64,000 nt of DNA from an uncultured Acidobacteriota bacterium (GTDB lineage: Bacteria; Acidobacteriota; Vicinamibacteria; Vicinamibacterales; 2-12-FULL-66-21), in assembly GCA_963749835.1 (NCBI GenBank), contig CAVVOD010000003.1, forward strand, positions 976,721-1,040,720, given 5' to 3'. The position numbers and the translations under genes were made by a program. Shown here piece by piece: positions 9,004 to 16,474 of this stretch; the first letter of the stretch is position 1; each line of letters opens with the position of its first letter. The notes under the pieces are model-generated. The model was not told the origin of the DNA and searched no databases. It was given only the letters and a program-made list of their open reading frames with translations.

Positions 9004-12000
9004 CTACCAGAGCAGCTTCGCCCCCAGTTGCACCTGCCGCGCGGACGTGCGCGTGTTGGTGATCACGCCGACGTTGGCGGTCAGGTTTCCGCGATCGTCG
9101 AAGATGGTGGTTGCCGGTGTCGCGAAGTTGGCGCGGTTGAGCGCGTTGAACATTTCGACGCGCAGCTGCGCCGTGGCCCGGCCCAGCCGCTGGGCCTTGA
9201 CGAGCACCAGGTCGAGCGTCGCTTGGCCAGGAGAGATGAGCGAGTTCCGACCGAGGTTGCCGAGGACCCCGTCAGCGGGAAACGCGAAGCACTCGGTCTT
9301 GATGTAGTGATTCACGTTGCCCGGATTGGTCAGCGTCGCGCAGGCCGGACTCATGATGCGATCGGGCGGCTGCCCGAGGCCGCTGCCGGTCGTGTCCGCC
9401 TTGGATCCGGCTCGATCGCCGTTCAGCGCGACCGTGAACGGAAATCCGCTCTGGGCGCGATAGATCCCTGAAATCTGCCATCCCTCCGCCAGGTTCCGCA
9501 TCAGCCCCGTGAGTGCCTTCGAGTAGGGAATTTCGAACACGACGCTGCCGACGAAGTTGTGGCGCACGTCGTAGTTGGACAGACCACGGGCGAGCTCAGG
9601 CAGCAATGGCGTGGCGACCGAGAACGCGCTCTCGTATCCGGTTCCGGCGGCGACCGAGGAAATCGACGATCCGGTATCGATGCTCTTGCTCCACGTGTAC
9701 GACGTTTGGGTCTGGAGACCGCGGCTCAGGTTGCGCTTCAGCACGGTCTGGAGGCCGTGGTAGTTCGAGTTGGCGTTCCATGTGACGGTTGTATTGATGG
9801 CCGAGAAGTTCGGATTGAGGACGGTGCTCGTCGCGCGCGGTTCATACACCCAGCGCCCGTCCACCTTCCTCGGGATCACCGTGTTCATGTTCCGCTCGAC
9901 GAGCGGCAGGTTCATGCCACGTGCGCCCACGTAGCCGACATCCGCAGTCCAGGCGCCGAACTGCCGCTGGACGTCCACGTTCCACTGGGTCCGGTAGGCG
10001 CGGGGAGGATTCGGATCCACCCACGCCGTCCGCAGGTTCTGCACGCCGAGGAGGGAATACGCGCCGGAGGGAAACGACCCGGCCGGAGGATTCAGCGCCA
10101 CACCCTGGAGGAAGAACGGCGTCGACCGGTTCAACGGCGTTTCGTAGAGATAGAGAAACGGCAGGACGTCGAAGACTCCGAACCCGCCCCGCACGGCGGT
10201 CTTGTGATCGCCGAAGGGGTCCCAGGCAACCCCGATGCGCGGAGCAAAGTTCTTCAGCGTCGGATTGCTGTCGTGGATCTTGCCGCCGACGGTGACGGTG
10301 GGATCGGTCAGGTTCTTGAGCAGCGCGACCTTGTTGTTGACTTCCGTCGGGATGGTCATCATCTCGTAGCGCAGCCCGAGGTTCAGCGTCAGCGTGTTCG
10401 TCCAGCGGATATCGTCCTGGACATACGCGCCAACGAGCGTCTCCCGCATGCTGCGCACGGTGTCCGACTGCGGATAGAGCGCGCCGAAGCGGGACGGCCT
10501 GTTCTGCAGGAACGTGGCGAGCGTGCCGAAGCTGAAGGATCCTCCCGTGGCGTTCGGGGTGTCGAAGTTGTTCTGCATGTGTTCCACGTTGAAGCCGACC
10601 TTCATGGAATGCTTTCCGCGGAGCACGAACAGGTCCTGGCTGCCCTGGTAGGAGGTGAACTCCAGCGTGGCGTAGTCGACCGCGCCAGGGCCGCCGCCGG
10701 CCCCCGCGAGCCCCGGCACCGAGATCGCTCCGATCGGAAGCCCCGGTATGTAGCCGAGTGAGGTGTCGGTGAGCGCCGGGTTCATCGTGTCGATGATGCT
10801 GCCGCTCTTCGATACCGTGCGCGAGATGCCGAAGCGGCTCACGCTCACGATCGCCGAGCCGAACCCGTGCGAGTACTCGGACATCAGCACCCGCCGCTGC
10901 GACTTGTCGGCGAGCTGCTTCATGAGAAACGCGTCCGGCTGTTCGACGTTCGCGTCGTCGAACAGCACCGTGCCGCTCAGGCTGCCGGTCGTCGTCAGCT
11001 TGTGATCGAGCTTGACGAGCCCGTAGTCGCCGCGCGATTCCTTGTTTCGGACGGCGTAGTACTGGCCGGTGTCGCCGTTGCCGAGCAGTTCACCATTCGG
11101 CAGGGGATACAGCGCCAGCGCCCTGGCGATCTGAGGATCGACCGCCACGGTGCCGGCGGCAAGCCGGCCCTCACGGGCAGCAGGCGACAACGTCGTGGAA
11201 ACCGTGGTCTGCCCGAGAATCTCGCGAAGGCCCTCGTAGTCGCCGAACCAGAAGGTACGGTTCTTCACGAGCGGTCCGCCGAGCGCAATGCCGTACTGGT
11301 TCCTGTTGAATGGCGGGGGATCGCTGCCGCGGTCGAAGTAGTCTTTCGAGTCCATCCGGCTGTTCCGGTTGAACTCGAACACCGTGCCCCGAATCTGGTT
11401 CGTGCCCGACCGCGTGATCGCGTTGACGACGCCACCGGACGTCCGCCCGTACTCCGCCGAGTAGGAGTTCGTCAGCACCGAGAACTCGGCCACCGCCTCG
11501 ACGCCGAGATTCGTGCCGAGGGCGTTTCCGGGCGTCGTGTTGGCGTAGTCGTTCACACCAATGCCGTTCAGTCGATAGTTGTTCTCCGACGGACGCGCGC
11601 CGGCGACCGCCATCTTCATCCCGTTGCCCGATCGTGTGCCCCCGCTGTTGCCGACGCCGACGACGCCGGGCTGCAGCATGGCCAGCTGCGTCCAGTCCCG
11701 GCCGTTGAGCGGCAGCTCGCGGATCGTGGTGCCGCTGACGTTGTGGCGGAGCGTCGCCGACGCCGTCTCGATGCGGGGCGCGTCGCCCGACACGACGACG
11801 TTCTCGTTGACGCTGCCCACCTTCATCTCGAAATCCACCGCGGCCTCGCCGCCGACCGTCAGCGTGAGGCCCTTTCTCGTCTGGGTGTTGAAGCCGTCGA
11901 AGGTGACCGTGACGTCATAGGTGCCGGGCAGCAGATTCGGGGCGCTGTAGAAGCCCCCCTCATTCGTGATGACGCTGGTGACGACGCCCGTGGCGACGTT

Positions 12001-12165
12001 CGTGATGGCCACGCTCGCATGCGGCAACGTCGACGCGCTCTGATCGCGCACGCGGCCGGTGAAAGTTCCGCCGACGGTCTGCGCTTCGAGAACTGTTGAA
12101 GCCAGCAACACGAGACACATGGAGAGGCTCGAGCACCGCGATGCCCTCGCACGGCTAGTCGACAT
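9004..12165 (-). CDS. TonB-dependent receptor with N-terminal carboxypeptidase-regulatory-like domain (Oar-type)
   Basis: 1068-aa ORF. Internal ATG at 12165 gives signal peptide MSTSRARASRCSSLSMCLVLLASTVLEAQT. Beta-sandwich motif GFYSAPNLLPGTYDVTVTFDGF. Plug region IRELPLNGRDWTQLAMLQPGV. Long barrel ending QLGAKLLW. Confidence 0.85.
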   Translation of the reverse strand: MSTSRARASRCSSLSMCLVLLASTVLEAQTVGGTFTGRVRDQSASTLPHASVAITNVATGVVTSVITNEGGFYSAPNLLPGTYDVTVTFDGFNTQTRKGLTLTVGGEAAVDFEMKVGSVNENVVVSGDAPRIETASATLRHNVSGTTIRELPLNGRDWTQLAMLQPGVVGVGNSGGTRSGNGMKMAVAGARPSENNYRLNGIGVNDYANTTPGNALGTNLGVEAVAEFSVLTNSYSAEYGRTSGGVVNAITRSGTNQIRGTVFEFNRNSRMDSKDYFDRGSDPPPFNRNQYGIALGGPLVKNRTFWFGDYEGLREILGQTTVSTTLSPAAREGRLAAGTVAVDPQIARALALYPLPNGELLGNGDTGQYYAVRNKESRGDYGLVKLDHKLTTTGSLSGTVLFDDANVEQPDAFLMKQLADKSQRRVLMSEYSHGFGSAIVSVSRFGISRTVSKSGSIIDTMNPALTDTSLGYIPGLPIGAISVPGLAGAGGGPGAVDYATLEFTSYQGSQDLFVLRGKHSMKVGFNVEHMQNNFDTPNATGGSFSFGTLATFLQNRPSRFGALYPQSDTVRSMRETLVGAYVQDDIRWTNTLTLNLGLRYEMMTIPTEVNNKVALLKNLTDPTVTVGGKIHDSNPTLKNFAPRIGVAWDPFGDHKTAVRGGFGVFDVLPFLYLYETPLNRSTPFFLQGVALNPPAGSFPSGAYSLLGVQNLRTAWVDPNPPRAYRTQWNVDVQRQFGAWTADVGYVGARGMNLPLVERNMNTVIPRKVDGRWVYEPRATSTVLNPNFSAINTTVTWNANSNYHGLQTVLKRNLSRGLQTQTSYTWSKSIDTGSSISSVAAGTGYESAFSVATPLLPELARGLSNYDVRHNFVGSVVFEIPYSKALTGLMRNLAEGWQISGIYRAQSGFPFTVALNGDRAGSKADTTGSGLGQPPDRIMSPACATLTNPGNVNHYIKTECFAFPADGVLGNLGRNSLISPGQATLDLVLVKAQRLGRATAQLRVEMFNALNRANFATPATTIFDDRGNLTANVGVITNTRTSARQVQLGAKLLW

Positions 12166-12788
12166 AGGCAGTCCCAGTCCTCTCTTGATGCTGATCGCAT
12201 GACAGCTCACGCAGGAATCAGTTCAGATGTGCGGGTTGACGCGCGGTCTTTGAAAGCCCCTTAGCAACCGACGTACCGAGCAGGCGATCAGTTGACCGGA
12301 GAGCGTCATTACCGAACGATTCGCAGCGAGGAGTGTCGTGGCGTGGTTGCGTGAGCCGCCGAGAGCGCATGCAGAGCGGGAGGATGGCGACAGGTTTGTC
12401 GCCGTTCGCAGGATGCAGCGCCAAGAATGGTCGACGCGCACGATCGGAAGCGAGTGACGCGACGGCTCGTGTCGCGCACGATCGCGGAGCTCACGCGATC
12501 GGCGACACGCACGATGCGAGCGAATGACAGACGCCTCGCCGGCGCGGGACGTGAGCGCTATCGCGTGGCTTTGTTCACTCGTTGCTGGTCACAACCGCCA
12601 GTGATCAGAATGACTGGAGCCAGGATGCTCCGGCACGTCAGCGGCGGTTGGATCTGCAGCGGCGCGCGGCGCATTCGGCGGAATCGGTCGCCGGCACTCG
12701 GCATATCGCAAGGCGCAACCCCACCGGGCTGCCAGCCGATTCCTGACGTGTCCGGCGGTGATCCTGTCTCGTGGCAGGCCCGAAAACA

Positions 12789-12813
12789 ATGGCGCAAAGA
12801 GGCATTGCGCCAT
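12789..12813 (-). terminator. Perfect 9-bp stem hairpin followed by TGTTTTCG on the minus strand (terminator- or attenuator-like)
   Basis: atggcgcaa-agaggca-ttgcgccat. Minus-strand 3' flank is tgttttcg. Sits inside the long non-coding leader upstream of the TBDR. Confidence 0.3.
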
Positions 12814-12990
12814 CCTTGTTCCCGTTTGCGCGCAGGGTTCACAAATGTTTCTTCCGCGCGAACGCCAGAAGCGAAGGCAGTTCGTGATGCGCGAGAGCGC
12901 CGCGACTGACGGTCCGTCGGTTGCAGACGGAATCCCAGTTGCTGCGCCGCCCTTTACGCCGGTGCGCGTCTGCGGCAAGCTGAAGACGCC

Positions 12991-13281
12991 ATGTTCGTCA
13001 TCGAGCTCACCTACAAGGCCAGCCTTGCGCAAATCGACGCGAGCATGGCCGCTCATGTCAGGTTCCTCAAGAAGTACTACGCGGCCGGCAACTTCCTGGT
13101 CTCCGGTCGAAAGGTCCCGAGAGAGGGGGGAATCATCCTGGCCGTCGGCCGGAGCCGGGAGGACATCGAGGCCATCATGCGCACGGACCCGTTCTGCGAG
13201 CGCGGGCTTGCCGACTTCCGGGTAATCGAGTTCCGGGCGAGCCAGCGAGCCGACGACATCCAGAAACGCATCGACGGGTAG
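12991..13281 (+). CDS. YciI-like (DGPF-domain) small protein
   Basis: 96-aa ORF MFVIELTYKASLAQIDASMAAHVRFLKKYYAAGNFLVSGRKVPREGGIILAVGRSREDIEAIMRTDPF... This is the typical YciI family pattern. Confidence 0.75.
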   Translation: MFVIELTYKASLAQIDASMAAHVRFLKKYYAAGNFLVSGRKVPREGGIILAVGRSREDIEAIMRTDPFCERGLADFRVIEFRASQRADDIQKRIDG

Positions 13282-13291
13282 CGGCCGTTCC

Positions 13292-13321
13292 GCGCCTCAG
13301 CGCCGTGCGAACTTGAGGCGC
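13292..13321. terminator. 8-bp inverted repeat between convergent genes (possible bidirectional terminator)
   Basis: gcgcctca-N14-tgaggcgc between the yciI-like stop and the ADOP stop. Large loop and no clear U-tract. Confidence 0.25.
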
Positions 13322-13363
13322 CTCACTCTTGGAGAAGCAACCGTCCGAACCGGAGCGAGCCCA

Positions 13364-16042
13364 TCATTCCTGTCGCAGCGCGACCATCGGGTCCATGTTC
13401 GCGGCGCGGTACGCGGGCAGGACGACGGCCAGCGAGGTGGTGACCAGGAAGGCGGCAGCCGCAGCCGCCATGACCGCGGGATCGACGGTCGCGATGCCAA
13501 AGAGCTGCGACTGGACGAGGCGCATCAACGCCAGTGAACCCAGGAGGCCTGCCGCCAGCCCGCCGGCCATCATTCCGAAGAGCTCTTTCAGCACGAGCGA
13601 GACGAGCGCGTGCCGCCGCGCGCCGAGGGCGGTGCGGATTCCAAGCTCCTTCGTACGACGCACGACCGAGTAGCTCAAGAGACCAAACAAGCCAATCGCG
13701 ACCAGCACGAGTCCAAGCAGCGCAAACACACCGCCGACCCCTGCCAGCAGTTTCTCCTTCAACAGCGTATTGCCGATGAGCGTTTCGAGCGTCGTCACCT
13801 CGACGACATGGAGCCCGGGCCCGGCGGTCCTGGTCTCTTGCTCCACCAGCCGCATCACCGAACCCGGATCGAGTGTCGATCGCACGTACACCGTGAACAG
13901 CCTGGGCGGCTTCATAGGAAAATAGACCACCGGCTGCAGTCCATCCCGCAGGTCCGAGTAAAAGGCATCCGCCGAAACGCCGACGATCACGTGGCGTGCG
14001 TTGTCCGTTCGTCGTCGAAATTCCTTTCCGAGAACCGGTGCCCCGCCGAAGTACCTCCGCGCGAACGCACGGTTGACGATCGTCGGGATGGGCTGAACGC
14101 CGTCGTTGTCGCGGACGTCGAAGTCGCGTCCCTCCAGGAGGGGAGTCCTGAGTGTGGCGAAGTAACCCGGTGAAACCCGATAGAACGTCTCCTGGCGCTC
14201 CGAAGGCGGCCTTCCCTCGAGGACGATCTGCTCAGCGCGCCTGCTGTCGCCGAAGATCGCCCACCAGCCGACGGCAGCCCCCTGCACCGTGGGCAGCATG
14301 GACACCTGGCGTTGCAGCTGTTGCGTCAACTGCAGGCCGTCCTGTTTGGGACCCAGATCGCTCCGCATCGTCAGCACCGTGACGTGTGCCGGATCGAACC
14401 CCATGCCCACTGAGAACAGTTTCTGAAGGCTGAAGAGAAAGCCCGCCCCAGCCACGACGAGGCAGAACACGAATGCGACCTGCACGGATACGAAGAGCCG
14501 CCCGAGAAAGACCCTGCGGGCTTCCCCGCTTCCAGGGGTGACCGCCGGGATGGCTCGGCCTCCCGCGCCATGCCACGCCGGCAGGACGCCGACAATCAGG
14601 GCCGTTACCGTGCACAGACCGGCGCCGAAGAGCAGGACACGAGTGTCCATCGCGAATGCGAACCGGACCGGATCGCTGTCCGTCGACAGCAGCGTGACGA
14701 TCCAGGGAGCGGTGGCGCTCGCGAACACCCAGCCCAGGATGCCCGCAAGTCCTGAGAGCAACAGGCTCTCTGTCAGCAGCTGGCGCACCAGGCGCCCACG
14801 GCTGGCGCCGAGCGACGTGCGGAGCGACATCTCCGGCGATCGTGCGGCCGCGCGTGAAAGGAGCAGGCTGGCGACGTTCGCACAGGCGACGAGCAGAATG
14901 GCCGCCGCCACACTCCACACGATCCATATCGGCCGCGAGAAGCTGCGCTGGAAATCGGACACGCCGATTCCGCCGGGGCGTACCCGGATGCCCCTGTCGC
15001 CGAAGGCCTTCAGGGCCGCTGCCGGCATCGCCGCATTCTGCGCGATCATGTCCTGCTGGCGATCGTGAAACACCGGCTGCAGCCGCGCCTGGAGCTGCTC
15101 ACGACTGGTCCCGCCGTCAAGGCGCCCGACGATGCGGAACAGGTTCGCGGCGGGGCTCGAGAACACACCAGGGTCGAACGTCATGACGGGCACCCACACA
15201 TCGACGAACTTCCCGGGTTCGACGCCGAAGAACCCCTCCCGGGCGACGCCGACGATGTGATGCTGCCTGTTGTTGAGGGTGATCGGCCGCCCAAGGACAC
15301 CGGGATCCGCATTGAAATGGCGCTGCCAGTACTCGAAGCTGAGCACGGCGGTACGCGGAACGCCAGGGTCGCGATCGTCGTTGCTGGAGAACAGGCGGCC
15401 CAGTGCAGGCATGACGCGAAGCGTCTCGAACGCTTCGCCGGACACGAACTGCTGCCTGACTCTCTCGATGGGAGCCGTCGGATCCGCGCCTTGCGCCTCG
15501 GCGCGATCCGTGGGACCGAAGACGACCAGGCGCGCTGAATCTCCAGCGGCCGCGCGAAACTGGAGGTAGAGGGGGTAGCTGAAGGACTCGGTCTCGCCCG
15601 CCGCAGGCGTCGCGCCAGCTTCGAGGGCGGGCGCGGCCAGCGTGAACACGCGCTTTGCATCCGGCACCGGCAGCGGCCGCAGCATGGCGGCATCGACGAT
15701 CGCGTAGATCGCCGTGTTCGCGCCGATTGCCAGGCTGAGCGACAACAGGGCCGTGATCGTGAACGCCGGGCTCCTGCGCATCGTGCGCCAGGCATAGCGG
15801 ACGTCCTGAATCGTGCTCTCGAGCCCTGTCCACAATCGGATCTCCCGGCTCTGTTCGCGCACCCGGGTGACGCTGCCGAACGCCGTCAGCGCCCGCCGCC
15901 GTGCCTCGGCGGCGGTCAGGCCCTGCTCACGGAAGGCCGCTGAGCGCCGCTCCAGGTGATCCTGGATTTCGTCCTCCAGCGACTCGTCGAGCGGTCGCGT
16001 GTGCAGCGCGTTCTTCAGCCGTGAGAACCAGGACATGGCCAA
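13364..16042 (-). CDS. ADOP-type MacB/FtsX-like permease
   Basis: 892-aa ORF. Leader MSWFSRLKNALHTRPLDESLEDEIQDHLERRSAAFREQGLTAAEARRRAL. Duplicated FtsX bundles. C-terminus LPAYRAANMDPMVALRQE. Confidence 0.9.
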   Translation of the reverse strand: MAMSWFSRLKNALHTRPLDESLEDEIQDHLERRSAAFREQGLTAAEARRRALTAFGSVTRVREQSREIRLWTGLESTIQDVRYAWRTMRRSPAFTITALLSLSLAIGANTAIYAIVDAAMLRPLPVPDAKRVFTLAAPALEAGATPAAGETESFSYPLYLQFRAAAGDSARLVVFGPTDRAEAQGADPTAPIERVRQQFVSGEAFETLRVMPALGRLFSSNDDRDPGVPRTAVLSFEYWQRHFNADPGVLGRPITLNNRQHHIVGVAREGFFGVEPGKFVDVWVPVMTFDPGVFSSPAANLFRIVGRLDGGTSREQLQARLQPVFHDRQQDMIAQNAAMPAAALKAFGDRGIRVRPGGIGVSDFQRSFSRPIWIVWSVAAAILLVACANVASLLLSRAAARSPEMSLRTSLGASRGRLVRQLLTESLLLSGLAGILGWVFASATAPWIVTLLSTDSDPVRFAFAMDTRVLLFGAGLCTVTALIVGVLPAWHGAGGRAIPAVTPGSGEARRVFLGRLFVSVQVAFVFCLVVAGAGFLFSLQKLFSVGMGFDPAHVTVLTMRSDLGPKQDGLQLTQQLQRQVSMLPTVQGAAVGWWAIFGDSRRAEQIVLEGRPPSERQETFYRVSPGYFATLRTPLLEGRDFDVRDNDGVQPIPTIVNRAFARRYFGGAPVLGKEFRRRTDNARHVIVGVSADAFYSDLRDGLQPVVYFPMKPPRLFTVYVRSTLDPGSVMRLVEQETRTAGPGLHVVEVTTLETLIGNTLLKEKLLAGVGGVFALLGLVLVAIGLFGLLSYSVVRRTKELGIRTALGARRHALVSLVLKELFGMMAGGLAAGLLGSLALMRLVQSQLFGIATVDPAVMAAAAAAFLVTTSLAVVLPAYRAANMDPMVALRQE

Positions 16043-16080
16043 CTCTCTTTCGTGTCGTCCCGAACCACGCGGTCAGGGCA

Positions 16081-16410
16081 TCAGGCATGACGCAGCACGC
16101 GCGCCACCCCGTTCGCCAGACTGTTCCAGCGCTCGGTTTCGGCCGCCACCTGCTTCCTGCCCGCGCGGGTCATCTCGTACACGCGCGCCCGGCGCTTGTT
16201 CTCGGTGACGACGGACTCGGCCGTGATCCAGCCGGCCTCCTCCATCCGGTGCAGCGCCGGATAGAGCGAGCCTTCGTCGATCCGCAGCGCGTCCGCCGAC
16301 AACGACTGGATGGCCGACGCAATGGCGTAGCCGTGCAGCGGTCCCCGCCGGCCGAGGATGGTCAGGACGAGCAGGTCGAGTGTCGTATGAACGGAGTTCG
16401 ATGAGCCCAT
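16081..16410 (-). CDS. PadR-family transcriptional regulator (partner of the ADOP gene)
   Basis: 109-aa ORF with LDLLVLTILGRRGPLHGYAIASAIQ...EGSLYPALHRMEEAGWI...RRARVYEMTRAGRKQ. Lies 38 nt upstream of the permease. Confidence 0.9.
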   Translation of the reverse strand: MGSSNSVHTTLDLLVLTILGRRGPLHGYAIASAIQSLSADALRIDEGSLYPALHRMEEAGWITAESVVTENKRRARVYEMTRAGRKQVAAETERWNSLANGVARVLRHA

Positions 16411-16417
16411 ATACTTA

Positions 16418-16436
16418 GTTGGCTAGGGTAGCCAAC
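16418..16436. promoter_or_regulatory. Perfect palindrome GTTGGCTA-GGG-TAGCCAAC just upstream of padR (candidate operator)
   Basis: Read directly, 8 nt upstream of the padR start codon. PadR proteins commonly autoregulate via palindromic operators. Confidence 0.45.
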
Positions 16437-16474
16437 GTATGGAACCATCAAAGAGGCCGCCGTGTCAAGGCGCG

